Assembly (NCBI GenBank): GCA_048013815.1
Contig: CM106585.1
Location: forward strand, 4,154,001-4,218,000
DNA: 64,000 bases
Reading direction: 5' to 3'
DNA from: Setoptus koraiensis
Lineage: Eukaryota > Animalia > Arthropoda
The notes beneath the pieces are model-generated. The model was given only the letters and a program-made list of their open reading frames with translations. It was not told the origin of the DNA and ran no database searches. Below are positions 9,628-23,100 of the stretch, piece after piece (the first letter of the stretch is position 1; each line of letters starts with the position of its first letter). Made by a program: the position numbers and the translations under genes.

Positions 9628-12600
9628 GCAAACCATTGATCTCGCAACGGCGTCCCAGATACATCCTATGGCACTGGCAGACGGTTGAATTGGTGCGCTG
9701 CTGAAATTGTTGCCCGTTAGAGGTTGCTGTCGACCACTGGCTGCTACGCTGACAATCGCCCCGACCGTTACAATAATCACAAGATTTCAATTCGCTAGAG
9801 CACTGTCTACCCGGATGTAGTGGATCTAAATCGGGGTAGCCGCGACAATCACATTTGTAGGAACCTGGCTCATTGATACACACGGCGTCCTCGTGGCAGT
9901 CGTTCCAGGCGGGATTAGAGCATTCGTCCAGGTCGGATACTTGCTCCACATCGGCCAAGAACAGGGCGTTGGGACTGGGCAACATCTCGAGACCGCTAGT
10001 AGTTGCGTTGTTGTTGTTGTTGTTGTTGCCATTACTGTCCATGGCGCTTGTTGTGGCGCCACCATCGGCCGGCTGCTGATCACCGGTTGTTGACGGTTGC
10101 TGGTGCTGCTGTTGGTGCTGTTGTTGCTGTTGGGCGGCATTGAGAGCGAGCTTCTTGGCGAGCTCCTCCTTGAGCGTGAGCTCGTCCAACGGTATCTCGT
10201 TTTGGTTGGTCTTGCCAGGCAGGCTTGGCGCACCGCCGGCCGCGTCTGAAGGGCCACTCAACTGGTTACTGTTTGGCTGCAATTGGACGGTTATATTGAC
10301 TAGAAGGCCGCCCACGCCAGCGCCAGCAATGTTGTTGTTGTTGTTGTTAATTAGGCTAGATTGGTTGTTGCCGGGCAGTTTAGTTGTTACGGTGGCAAAC
10401 TGTGTACTGTGTGCGCTGGATAATTGATTTGATGAGCCGCTGTCCAGTGGATAGGCACGGCCGTAATTAACTATGTCGGCCGACACAAATTTATCTCTCA
10501 CCATATCGGAGGATTTGTAGGCGCGCTTAACCTGATCCTTGATTATGCGCGACAACTGCTTGTATTCGGGCGACAATTTGTTTTGCAATTCCTTCTTGTA
10601 TGTCACCTGAGTGTCGCCTATTTGCATCAGACGCAACTGAATGACGAAACTCTGCACCTCTTGGCACATGCGCTGACCGATTTGATTGACCATGAGATGG
10701 TAGCCGGGCCGGCAGACGCAGGCGAAATGCGAGTTGCTTGTGGCGCCCGCCGAATGGTGGGCGCTGTTGTCGTGGCCGGCGTTGGGGCCAACATATTTGC
10801 ACATTTCGTTCATGTTCAACTTGCACATGGGCTGACACTGATTCGGAGCGGCCACAACGTGCGCCGGATACTGCTGCTGCTGCTGATGATGATGGCTCAC
10901 CTGTGTTGCGGTCCTGTTTCCGGTCGGCTGACCGCTGTTTGCGGCGGCACCCGACGGCGTGTTGGCCAGCACTTGCGGCTTGCTGGTGGCCCGCGTTCTG
11001 TTTTGCAGCAGCAGGCTGTTGTTGATCTTGCGCTGCTGCTCCTGTTGCAATTGTTGCTGATGTTGTCGCTGCTGGCTAGACAGTCGCTCCTTGGCCTTGT
11101 CCGCATTGCCCGTGTACCTGTTTCCGGTTGGCGGCGGGGGCGGAGGGGCCGTTTCAGCGCTGCTGCCGGCGGCGGCAGCGGCCTTGCCGTCGCTGCTGGC
11201 CAACACGTGAACGGGTGGCTGCTCCGAATTGCCGTTGCCCGGCGCCGCCGTCGAGCTGACAACGGTCGCAGGCTGCGTGGGCGTCACGAACAGCATCACC
11301 TGATCGTGCTGGTTGTTTGTGGCCAAATTCATGGTGGTTCTGGTGCCCACTATGGTGGACACAAACGTTCTGGGCGCGATGGTTGTAGTGAATGTGGACG
11401 TTATGGTCAGGGGCGCGTCTCTCGTGTAATACACCTTTGTGGTGGTCACTGTCAGCAGGCGAGTCGTTGGCTCGATGCTGGTCTCGTAGCGGGTCGATTG
11501 GGCACCCGGCCAAACGGACTTGGGCGCCTGTTTGCGGCGCTCGTCTTGGCCGGCGTCGTCGCCGCCGAAGAATATGGTCGCAACGGGCGCCTGCTGCTGC
11601 CTGACCGCCGTCGAGGCCGGAAGTTCCTGCGTCGGCACCTTGCTCTGCTGCTGTTGTTGTTGTTGCTGTTGTTGTTGTTGCAATGTCGCGGACGGCGCCA
11701 CAGATTGCGCCACCACCGACGGACTGGTGATGCTGCCCTGCAGTTGAATTGTTGGCGTCGCCAGAGTGGTCGCCTGTTGTTGTTGTTGTTGTTGTTGCTG
11801 CTGCTGCTCGCGTGCCTTCGGCCCGAAGCGCCCTCGCGTCGGCAAGCGCGTCGTGGGCGCCTGACTCACCTGTGCGGGGGCGGCGGTGCCGTTGGCGCTC
11901 GCTGCCAGCGTCTTGTTGGCGGACAACAACTGAACTATGTCCTTGATGGCGGCGTTCAGGTTGCTGGCGATAGCAACGCGACCGTTTTGGCTGCTGTTGG
12001 CCGCTATCAGGTCGCTCAGCTCAATCACGTTTGGTTGTTGCTGCCGGTTGGCGGCGCTCAATTGCTGCACCGCACTCGACGACTGAACTTCGTAGTTCAC
12101 CTGTGCCGTCGAGCTGGGCAATATCAGTGTGTTTGTCACGTAGACGAGAGTGGATCCCTCCACGACTGTCGTGCCCAGCGATTGTTGGTCGATTTTGGCC
12201 ACCGAAGACTCCGTTGTCGACTGGTCAGCACGCTGCTGCTGTTGCTGCTGCTGCTGCGAGGACGAATCCGTATTCGGCTGAGTGGTTGTCGTGGCCAATT
12301 GTTGCTGCTGCTGCTGCTGTTGTTGCGGCTTGCTGACCGCCGATGTCTCGTCAAAGTCGAAACCGGAACCCGTTGACTTGGTGACGGGCGGCGAAGTGGT
12401 GCTCGTGGCAGCGCCACTAGCGGCCGTGTTTGACGACGCCTGTAATTGATCTTGGTCGGTGTAGGGGGCCAGCGTTTTCAGCATCGACGAGGCGATTGCC
12501 TGCTGATCGATATTTGACGGAGCTATGCTCAGCATGACAGACGACAAATCGGACGGCATGCTGGTGGTCGTTTGTTCCGTTATGAATTCCGTCACAACCG

Positions 12601-12882
12601 TCGGACTAATCTCTTGTATTGTTGACAAAATGGTCTTTGTTCCGCTGTAGAAAGTTATGTAATGGGTCAGTGTTGTATACATGCTGCGCGTTCTCGTAAA
12701 CAGATACTGTTGCTGTTGCGTGGGCTGCACCTTGTCGTTGTTGTTGTTGTTGCTGCTGTCAGAGGGAGCAGTGACAACAGCGGGCGATTGTTTGTCGGCG
12801 GACGCGTCGCTTGCGTCACCCACCGATTGCTGTCGTCTGTTGTTGTACGTGTTGCCAGTGGTAGGCGGTTGCATTGTTGTAG

Positions 12883-12913
<31 letters not shown>

Positions 12914-13539
12914 TTGTTGTTGTTGTTGTTGTTGTTGTTGCTGCTGCTGTTGGTCGGTAGAGGGCGCCTGCGTGGTTGTTTGGCTTGGCAACGGTGCGGT
13001 GGCCGCCGACACAACAACGGACGACGACGGAGTAGAGTCCGCCATCGAAACAGACGGCGTGGCTCGGATAATTGAGCCGCTCGCATCCAGCGTAACTATT
13101 TGCGTTGTCAAATCCTCAATTGGCGTTATGGACGTCTGCGTGCCATTGTACAATGTTGCGTAATAGGTGTTCGTGGTCACCATTGTTGTGGTGATCATTC
13201 CGTTGTTGTCCTGTTGTTGTTGTTGTTGTTGCTGTTGTCCAGACTGGCCGCTAATGTCGCTCACCGTTGTGCCGGCGGACTGTTTGCCGGCGTCTTGCTG
13301 ATTGGGCACCGAGTCCGAGCCGCCGGTCTGTTCGTCCGGGGCGACGCTCGACGACGGCTGGCTCGCCATTGTCGCCGTCGGTTGTATGAGAATGGTCTCG
13401 GTGACTATGTTTGAGGTGGTGCTTTCGCTCTTCTGAACGGTCGGCGTCGCGTCGCCCAGGTACGTGGTCAAGAAGGTGAACGTGGTGAAATAGGTGCGCG
13501 TGTCCAGAGTGGCCACGGCCGCCTGAGCGGGATCGATTC

Positions 13540-13572
<33 letters not shown>

Positions 13573-14979
13573 GCTGCGGCTTGGCGCTGCTGTCGGCCGC
13601 CGTGGTGGTGACGGGCGAATCGGTGGACGGCTGACCGTCGTGGTTGCTGTTGGTGACAAATGTCGCCTGAGTGGTCTGTCGGTCGGGCGCGTCCGACGAT
13701 GCCGATGCGCTCGTTGTGCCGCCGTCCGTTGCCGCCTGCTGACTTCCGGTGGCGCTGCTTGTGGCGCCCGCCGGTGTCACAAACAGCGTACTGGACGGCT
13801 GAAGGTGATGAATGTCTTGCAAGTATTCGGTGGCAACTCGCGAATTTGTTTCCTCGATAGTGGTGAACATTGTCTCGCTGTTGCTAGTGAACGGAATAGT
13901 GTGCGTGGTTGTAGTGAAATATGTGACAGCGACAGGTGAGTCGGTGGCCAATGGCAACGACGGGGTCGCTTGTTGCGCCGGCGATGACGGCTCGTTGGTG
14001 TTGAATCTGTTCCATTGGTTGTCCATTGATGAGCTCAATTGTTGGCTGTTGACACTGTTGTATTGCGCCTGCGTCACAGACACCTGATCGACGCTCTGAC
14101 GCAAGCTGGGCTCCACGAAGCTAGCCAACACCGACGTTGTGTGTGCCGGCAGCACGCTGGTGCTAGCAACCCGATCTCGGTGCACAAATCTACTGCTGAT
14201 CCGTTGTGCGCCAGGTAACCGCTGCAAGCCGCTAGGGGCCGCTGTTGGGGCCGCGACACCTTGCTGCTGAGCTGATTCAAGCGCCGATTGCGGTGCGATA
14301 CTTGACTGGGCTTGAGCGGCCGCGGCCGATGCAGCGGCTGCCGAGGCGGCCGCCGACGCCCTTATACCGAACTGGCCCGTTCGTGTCACCACAACAACAC
14401 TTACGCGTGCCTTGCTGGGCCTGGTTGGGGCGCTGCTCGCCGACGATTGAAGGCTCGATTGAAGACTCGACGACTCGACGACAGGTGCCGCCGGTGTGGC
14501 CAGTTGTTGTTGTCGATTGAAGCCCGCTCCTATTGGCCGTCTCGTTCTGAGCCGCGTTCGGCCGCCAGATGGCGACGCTGGCTGCAGCGTCTGATTGCCG
14601 TTTTGTTGTTGTTGTTGTTGCTGTTGTTGCGAATCCGTTGCCAGTGGCGGCATCGTAGTGAGGTTGTCAATTGTTTTCAGTTGTTGTTGTTGTTGCGACA
14701 AAACTGGCGATGTCACAACATTGAGATTGTTTGCGGCCGACGAGGCGATTGCGTTGAACGGGGCCGACTGGTTGGGCTGTCTGAGGCGACTGGAGGCCAC
14801 TCTCGACCGCAACTGGCTTCTCGTGGGCACCGACACGCTGGCCGTGGGCGCCTCCTGGGCCGGGTTGTTGGCCTGTTGCGCAAGCCTGGTTTGGTCATCG
14901 GGCGCCAACAACTGTGGTTGTTGTTGCATAACGCGCGTTCTTGTGAACACAGACTCCACGCCTGTCGGCATGACCGATT
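9628..14979 (-). CDS. pwn: pawn-like gene, 5.35-kb exon: Thr-rich DUF4758-like repeats, polyQ linkers, EGF, SEA, Ca-binding EGF, EGF
   Basis: Acceptor ggccaacag|AA TCG GTC ATG (phase 1). Repeats such as TRTYFTTFTFLTTYLG and MYTTLTHYITFYSGTKT. EGF CQPMCKLNMNEMC...CVCRPGY...C at about 10660-10837; SEA-like region at about 10140-10655; DLDECSNPAWNDCHEDAVCINEPGSYKCDC; then CDYCNGRGDC...CQCHRMYLGRRCE. Donor TTG C|gtaagt. The orthology call to Drosophila pawn / 63-kDa sperm flagellar membrane protein-like comes from recalled domain architecture. Confidence 0.85.
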
Positions 14980-15652
14980 CTGTTGGCCATAGATCGGCGA
15001 TAGATTGACGATAGATTGACGATGATTGAATTTATCGGCCGGCGGATCAAATTTGTATTAGTGGGCAAGAATAAAAGATTGGTAAATAGTCAGTGATTTG
15101 TTAATAAGTGGCTTATGTGGCACTGCGATGCTGTTGTTGTTGTTGTTGTTGTCGTCATCGTTATTGTTATGCTGTTATGTTGTTGTTGTTGGCAACAATG
15201 GGCCCACTTGTTGGCGTTGAGCACTTTTGTCAAGCTGATTTATTTGTTTTTGTTGTTGGTCAGTCGTTGTGACGCTCGGCCGCTGTGACGGTCAGCCGTT
15301 GTGACAGTCAGCTGTTGTGACAACATTGGGCTCACTGGTCAACATTTCCTGACTCTATGAGAGTCAGTTAGTTGTAACGCGTAACGTCGCGCCTCGATGT
15401 GGTCGCAACACAAGCGTGTTGTCGTGTTGATCGATTACGACAACGCCAACCATCAATCACCGATCAGCATTGGTGAGCGATGGTCAGTCGCATTGCCAGC
15501 AAACAAGCGCGCAAACAATTATTGACAGTCGGTCTGGCTAACGACTGGCACTGACGCAACTAACAACGAGAACATTCAACGAGAAAACGGCAAAAATCTA
15601 GCGAGCCAGCCAACAAGTGTCAACACACATTGGCTACACCGCCATTCACCAA

Positions 15653-15712
15653 TTGCACCATTTGCACCATTTGCACCATTTGCACCATTTGCACCATTTG
15701 CACCATTTGCAC
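15653..15712. repeat. (TTTGCACCA)n tandem repeat, about 6.5 copies
   Basis: Seen directly. Confidence 0.95.
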
Positions 15713-16266
15713 ACGCTTGCGTTGGGCGCCCCTCGCCAAAACAATAACGGCCCGGCCGTCAGCTGACCGTGCCGTTATTGTTTTGGCTGGCCGCTGAATT
15801 GTGCCCGTCGAATGTTCACCGTTAATTGTGCCCGTTGAATGTTTACCGTTAATTGTGACCGTTATTCGTAACAGTTATTTGCGCTGACAGGCCCTCTTGC
15901 GGCCGTGCACCCGTATCGCAGCAAGGTGTGGTGGCACGCTCTAACAAGTTGTAAGTTGACAAGCGGCCAACATGCAGCCAGCGACAAACAATGGTAATAA
16001 CAACAACAATCTGTCGCCAACAATTATTATAAATCATCTCTCTAATACAGAGTGCCCATACGTATGTTGACAGTTGGCAAGACAGTTGGCAAGACAGTTG
16101 GCGAGCCAGTGTCGGCAGGCATTGAATGGCAATTAGCGTTTAGCTTGCCATTCAATGCTGGCCGAGTGCGCTGGCTTGTGTGGTTACATCCTCATGTCGA
16201 TCATGACAAGCATCGACGATGACAGCACACGGTTAAATCTTGGGCGACTCATCTTTCAACGACAGT

Positions 16267-16349
16267 GACAACGACAACAACGACAACAACGACAACAACG
16301 ACAACAACGACAACAACGACAACAACGACAACAACGACAACGACAACAA
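16267..16349. repeat. (GACAACAAC)n microsatellite
   Basis: Seen directly. Confidence 0.95.
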
Positions 16350-16726
16350 GTGGCAACAACTTTTCGACGGCATCAACAATAAATTAATTAACCGACGCTT
16401 TTCTGCTTGTCGTCTGTGTCGCTCGCTCTCCGTCTATATTGGTCGTAATGGCCAGGTGAAAAAACACACGACTGTTGTTGTTGTGGCCGTTGTGAGCTTG
16501 CCGTTGAGTCTGGTGTCGAGTGTGTCGAGAGCTGAGAGTTAAGGTTGTCGCTAGATGGAGAGTGAGACAAGATGAACAAGTTGTCACGGTGCGCGACAGG
16601 CGACAGCCATCGAGCTGAGAATGTGAAGAGTTAATTAAACGTTTGCCCAACAAGCGACACACAAACCAACTGCATCAATAGATCACACCGTCTCGTCTGC
16701 CACCAACAAAAGCGACAGCAACAACA

Positions 16727-16855
16727 GCAACCACGGCAAGCGACAACAACGACATCAACCACGGCAAGCGACAACAACGACAGCAACCACGGCAAGCGAC
16801 AACAACGACAACAACCATGGCAAGCGACAACAACAACAGCAAGGATGGCAAGCGC
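16727..16855. repeat. 28-bp minisatellite, 5 copies (CAACCACGGCAAGCGACAACAACGACAN)
   Basis: ggcaag recurs at 16735, 16763, 16791, 16819 and 16847. Confidence 0.9.
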
Positions 16856-19200
16856 GACAAGAGCAACAGGTGAATGAAAAATGATATTCACTCTGGGTTC
16901 GTCATCACTTTCCTTAATTGTGAGCTGCTTGCACTTGTCGCTTGCGCATTGTCTGCTGATGACGCTCAAATCCTTTGAGAAGTCAGTTCTAGTTCAGGTT
17001 GTCGTTGTTGCTGTTGCCGTTGTTGCTGTTGTTGCCGTTGTTGTCGCCGTTGTTGCTGTTGCAACAGCGAGTCACCAGGCAATAAACGACCGGTATCAAA
17101 TCGATTTTCGAGACACACCAACAACGGCAACAACGGCAGCGACAACACACACACACACAACCAGTATGAACAAGTGAATCTGTCCACCTGTTGCCAGTTA
17201 TGTCAGTGTGTGAGCGAGTGAGTCGGTTGAGTCGAGTGGCAACGAGTGCACAAGAGCAAACTTTGCTCACTTTTTGTTGCCGTTGTTGTCGCTGTTGTTG
17301 TTGCCGTTGTTGTTGTTGTTGTTGTTGTTGCCGTTGTTGTCGCTGTTGTTTTGTTATCAACTGTTGCAATGGGTTGTTGTTGACTGTAGCGAGCGCTCGT
17401 TGTTACGTAACGATTTGCTTTTGTTGCTGTTGCTGTTGTTGTTGTTCTAGTCGCCCATTTAGTTTTAGGCGATAGTTAAGGACAAACCGCAACAATAACA
17501 ACAACAACCACTTGCCGCTTAAGAGGATCATCTCTGTTTGGATGAGATGAGCCCGGCCGAAAGTGACAGGCCAACAGGTTGCGCTGTTGTGTGCGGCTTA
17601 AACTTTGCGAATTTCAAACTTTGCAACTGTCATCTTGGCGACAGTCATGCTGTTGCCGATTTAACCAATGGAAAACAAAATAACTCGATGCGAGGCCGGC
17701 GTCGATGAATTTCATTGAAATTCAATGACTTTGGCCACGATCAGCGATCAACATAGACTTTGTATTACGAGAAGAGAGAGAGAGAGAGAGCGGAGAAGAA
17801 GAAAAAAACTAATGAAGTGTGAGAATCGAGCCCGCCGATTATAACCTGTTCGCGCACAAATCATCGTCATCATGCGATAATTCCCGGCTATGCGGCCATA
17901 TCCGCTAATACCCCGGATTGTTTTGTTACGTAACAACAACGTAAGCGTGCATTAAAGTGTAACTGCCTGTGTCTCAGTCGGCCGAGTCGGCCGAGTCGGC
18001 AGTGTCTCGAAAGTGTTTCATAGCGAGCGATCAGGAAAAGACAAAGGAATAAAGAGATCATGAATATTCCGGCGGCTTGTTTGTCGTGGTGGCTGGCGAG
18101 ACCGCACTGCCGACAAGTGCAGCTACGAATAATCACGGCCACCAGCCCATAACTTGACTCGGCACACAAAACCAGCGGGCCGCTTCTCCCGTTCCGTTAC
18201 ACACTTCACTGTCACCGCAGCGAACCCGCTCAAACATTTCGAGCAACTCAAACAACTCACAGCTCACCTGTGACACCGAACCAACAAGAGCATTTCCTAC
18301 ACACACACTATACAACTTTTGTACATTCTAAGACACACACACCGCAAACGGCGCCCGATCCATAACGTAACGGGCACTTGTTGTTGTTGCAAGTTGCAAC
18401 TTGCAAGTTCGAGCGACGTTCGCGCTTTGCGAAACAAGCGAATCCTCTCACAAGTCAGCGAACACATGAGGAATCTTCTTTTCGCAGGCAGATTCTCTTT
18501 GTTTGCAGACACACTTTGTTACTCTGTTGGCGACGTTTACACTTGTTATATATTGTTTATAATGCGCACAAAAAGCCACTCGCCAGCCACGGCGCAACCG
18601 CTCTGACAAGACAGACAAAACGTTGTTGCGCAACGTTGTTTCCGTTTCCAGCATCAGCCGACAGCGACACTCTCACCTGTCGGCTCGCAGTCACTGCAAG
18701 CGTGGCCAGATGCCCGAGCGACCATTTAGCGCTTCCCCCGGCTTCGCTCGGCTTCTCCCCGCTTCTCCCGGCCTCGCTCGGCTTCTCCCCGCTTCTCCCG
18801 GCTTCCGCCGGCCGCTTGTCGCGGCCGACTGTGCCGTAGAGTGCGGAGCCGGCCCGAGCCGGCGCACTTCACTGTGTCTCGTCTCACTGCCACCCGCCGC
18901 CTATTTACATCCTGTCACTGTTGCGCAATGTTGTCACTGTTGCGCAATGTTGTCACTGTTGTTGTGATGATGTCGCGCCCAACTTCTGACACCGGCCAAT
19001 TGCGCCAGCAAAAGTGTTGTCAATTGTGTAACTCGATTACGCAAACGAGCTTGCTTGTCAGCCGGCAAACGACCAGCTGACTGTCATCTGTCAGCCGTCA
19101 GCTGTTGTCGCTGCTGTCAACCGAATCGCCGTTGTGAGCCGTTCGGCCTATTCCGTTTGGCGCAATGTCGCTCACAATCTTGTTAGTTTTTTGGCCCTCA

Positions 19201-19283
19201 TTCACTTGATCATTCACTCGATTATTCACTCGATTATTCGCTCGATTATTCGCTCGATTATTCGCTCGATTATTCAATCGATT
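19201..19283. repeat. 12-bp tandem repeat (TTCRCTCGATTA), about 7 copies
   Basis: Units start at 19201, 19213, 19225, 19237, 19249, 19261 and 19273. Abuts a hairpin at 19283-19319. Confidence 0.92.
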
Positions 19284-19383
19284 GTCGCAATGGGCTGCGA
19301 GTCGCAACTCATTGCGACAGTCATGCGATCGATGAAATAACAACATTCGAATAGTGATAAATGATCGACGAATCGATACTCAC

Positions 19384-19659
19384 CTAGTGCCGGCGTCGAC
19401 TGCGGCGCCTGTCCGTCCAGCCTGTTGCCCGACAATCGCTGCACTGCCAAATTGAGGGCCTCGTCCACGTTGAATGAGGCGTCCAGATCCAACTGGGGCT
19501 GCCTGTTTGACGACTCTGGCTGATTGCGATTCTGTTGAGCTTGCAGCAGCAGTTGCTGTTTGTCAATCAAGGCGTTGGAAATAGAGTCAAATTTCACATA
19601 CGATGCCACGTTCATGTTGATCTCGGTCATCATGTTTGAATCGCGCGCCTTTGTTACAC
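19384..19659 (-). CDS. pwn: pawn-like gene, candidate internal (cassette) exon, 276 nt / 92 codons, phase 1-1
   Basis: Acceptor gagcacag|GT GTA ACA and donor CTA G|gtgagt, both phase 1, so the exon is compatible with both flanking exons. Non-repetitive, protein-like translation: VTKARDSNMMTEINMNVASYVKFDSISNALIDKQQLLLQAQQ...LDLDASFNVDEALNLAVQRLSGNRLDGQAPQSTPAL. Confidence 0.7.
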
Positions 19660-19952
19660 CTGTGCTCGTCGTTACATAACGGCATTGATTGGAGTCGTTG
19701 TTGTTGTTGTTGTTGTTGTTGTTTTGCGGCACCAGTTTGCGCAGCGACGTTACATCCACATTGCCCGACAATTGGCATTGCGAAATTGCAATTATTGCCA
19801 AATATTCGGTTTGCCAGGTAACGAGTTTGGTGGTACGGTCAGTTGAGTTTGTTGCGGGAGGGCGTATGAGCGGGCGGCCAAGATAGCGGGCGATGCAGCA
19901 AACGGGATAGTTGTTATTAGCATCATTGCATCGTTGTTGTTTATTATAATGG

Positions 19953-20067
19953 CATCATTGCACCATTGCATCATTGCATCATTGCACCATTGCATCATTG
20001 CATCGTTGCATCGTTGCATCATTGCACCATTGCATCGTTGCATCATTGCATCATTGCATCATTGCAT
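19953..20067. repeat. 8-bp tandem repeat (CATTGCAT/CGTTGCAT/CATTGCAC), about 14 copies, inside the AG-exclusion zone
   Basis: Seen directly. Reads as UGCAAUGA-type repeats on the transcribed strand. Confidence 0.92.
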
Positions 20068-20100
20068 GTTTGCAAATGATTAATACGCAACAAGGCAAAC

Positions 20101-20146
20101 GGATAAGAGAAGAGTGAAAAGAAGATAAAAATTAGGTCAGTTAGTA
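20101..20146 (-). promoter_or_regulatory. Candidate distant branch point (TACTAAC) with polypyrimidine tract for the 19659 acceptor
   Basis: Minus strand reads TACTAACTGACCTAATTTTTATCTTCTTTTCACTCTTCTCTTATCC, with TACTAAC at 20146-20140. There is no AG on the minus strand from 20172 to 19667. Confidence 0.65.
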
Positions 20147-23100
20147 ATCGTGTTGTTGGCCGCATCATCATGCTGTTGATTGAGCAATGCGCGTCGCCTT
20201 GTTAGCGAGAGTTGAGTTAGCAGCATCGAGAATCGAAATGCAAAATTGGAATTTGAAAGAAAACTCGAAACTTGCAAATTTGCAATCTGCCGCAATTGGC
20301 GCGATTGCCGCAGAGAAAGCGCCGAGCGAGCGCCGAGAATTTTGTTGCGTCAACAGCGTATCGTTGCATGCCCTCAGAATGCTGCTGAGTCAGCATCTCG
20401 GGGGCAGCGGCATGGCCGCAGAATGCGCCCGGCATCATCGTGTCGGCGGCACGATGACCGGAAATGGCTCTGCCACTGGCGGCGCGACGAGCTTGGCGGG
20501 CAACGGGGACTTTCGTTGTTGGCCGTCTCAAAACGCCGCGTCTAAATATATCGCTGGGCCGGCTTGTCAGAGTCGCTTCTTCGGCCGAGCTGGCCGGGCT
20601 CGATGAGCTCGATAAGCCCGATGAGCTCGATAAGCCCGATAAGCTCGACGGGCTGGACGGGCGCGATGCGCCCGATAAGCTGGCCACCGACACACGGACG
20701 GCAGCCGGATAAATGGCGGCCAGGCGCTGGGCAGGCTCATTAATTTGAGCCAGAGCAAAGCTCATTAAGAGTCGATCGAGCGTTGCCAGCGACGTTGAAC
20801 GGGCCAATTTGAATTGATGCAACGAGGTGTGTGTGTGTGTGTGTCTGAAGTTAATTAATTAGGCACACACCGTGTTGCGCAACTGAGTGACCAGTCGGCC
20901 GACTGGCCGAGCTAAGCCAGAATTAAATCAAAACTCATCATTGAGCTGGCTTGCGCGCTAAGCGAATTAACATAAATTGTTCATGATGATCATCGCCGGC
21001 TACTCATACTTATAATGCCCAGTTTGCCCAGTTATCAAAAGCTCGCCAACTCGCGAGCTAACTGGCAACTGGACATGCAAAGCGAGTAGCTGGCGTGAAA
21101 CGGCAGCAACCGTTATAATGAGCGCCGTTGTGGCCGTACACATTGCCAGTTATATAACTGGAAAGCAGCTAACTGTTTTATATAAGCGGTCACAACTATT
21201 AAAACTATTAGCCAGCCAGCGCTGCAACAGAAGCGCCAAGCGGCCAAAAAGTGGCCGATTTTCGCTGGCCACTTTTTGCCCGCTCGCCACGACAATGACG
21301 GGCCCGATGACGGCGAGGCCGCTTCTTTTTTGCTTCTTTTGCGTACTTCTTTGCGTCTAGTCGGCCAGCCAATTTGAATGCAAGAGCGAGATAACACTCT
21401 GGCCGCCAGAGTTTATTGACTGCCGCTTATCAGCTGCGAGTTGCGTAACGTCTCTCTCACAGACTGTGAGTCACAGTGGCTCGTATCATACGAGTCGTAT
21501 GGCTCGGCTAAATGCGCCAGCGAGCCACAGGTGAACGAGCGGAGCCCTGGCGGCCGGCGCCACAACGAGCGATAATATCGTATCGTATTTATAAGTGTCC
21601 GATTGGCCGAAATGGACAGGCGCTCGGCAAACAATGAAATCACCTTCGCACACCGATAGGCCGTTGATTAGAAATTGATAGAGCGTTAAATTGGGCGAAA
21701 GTTTCGCCGTCTAGCGGACGACGAGCCCCCCGAAACAAGTGTGCACATTGAATCGGTTTCTCCGTTTCTCGCTCGTCGGGCGAGCCGCTGGCCGCATCTA
21801 TGCGACCGCAGCCGACATGACCGCTGCTGATGAGCCGCCGGCCAAATATCGGCCAGCCGCCAGCGAGCGGCTAGCGGTCTTGCCAGGCGACCGGTCGGCC
21901 GGGCGAGCGGTCAGCGGTTGCTGGTGGCAACAATGGCCCGCCAGTGCGCCGGGTATGCGCGCTCAAATCAATTGTTGTCGATTGTTATTATTGCCGCCGT
22001 CGTTGTTGTTGCCGCTGTCGTTGTTGTTGTTGCCGCTGTTGCGGTCGCCGCGGCCAGATTTGCATCAGATGATGCAACAGCAACAGCAACAGCAACAACA
22101 GCAATTTGAGTGAGCTGATTTGACGGCGCCGGCGCCAGCGCTGGCCGCATCAGCGGTGGCCACTCACATTACGCAACGCATTACATAACACAGTGTTATA
22201 AAACGTTGCATTGTCCAGCGCCGCGGCCAGACCCAACAAGCGATGCCGCCAACGTTGGCCGCAATCAGCGACATGTCGTCGCCTGATCATATGATCGGCC
22301 GCACAGGGATGGACAGCGACTGTCAACGACGCCAATAAAAACAACAACAACAACAACAACAACAACGACAGCAACCTGCTGTTATTGTGGCAACATCACC
22401 GTTATTGCAGCGCCTGTGCTGCTGCGGCGGCGGCGGCAACCAATTTGAGGCAGCGGCAACCAATTTGAGGCAGCGGCAACCAATTTGAGGCAGCGGCAAC
22501 CAATTTAAGGCGGCAGCTTGGCAATTTGACGGCAAGTCAAACAACAGCCACAACAACAGGTGAGCTATAGACGTTGCTATATAGTCAGGCAGCGCGCTGT
22601 CACTCGGGCCTGCGGCCACTGGCCACTTGGGCCGTCGCTAGTGGCCAGTGGCCAGTTGTCAGTAGCCAGTGGCCGGCAGGGCCAATTACGTAATGTTGTC
22701 TTGCGTAAGCTGCCGTTTCAATCGGACAGTTTGATGCTTCGGCGGCGGCGCTTATTTGTCTGCTTGAAACAAGTGACTCGCCATACACACACACACACAC
22801 ACACTGACACTGCTGACACATGTAACTTACATGACGTAAGCATGTGTCAGCGGTCAGTCACTGGCCGCTGAGACGTTGCGACGTTGCGATGTTGCGATGT
22901 TGCGACGCTGGTGGGGGCGTGAATGGCCATTTAATGTTGCATCAGCATGCAAGTTGCCCGTTGGCGCCGTTGCTTGCTGTTACTTGCCGTTGTTGCGCAA
23001 TACCATGCCTGTTAGCTGCTGTTGTTGCGTCAGCTTGCCAACAGGTGAGTAGTGGCTGTAACAACGGTAACAAGCCAACAGGCGGTTAGTCGAGGCAATA

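Noticed and set aside
10583-12376. 597-aa plus-strand ORF and many shorter ORFs overlapping the big exons
   Set aside because: Antisense or off-frame shadows of CAA/CAG/ACN-rich coding sequence (poly-L, poly-C, poly-V), with no domain signal.
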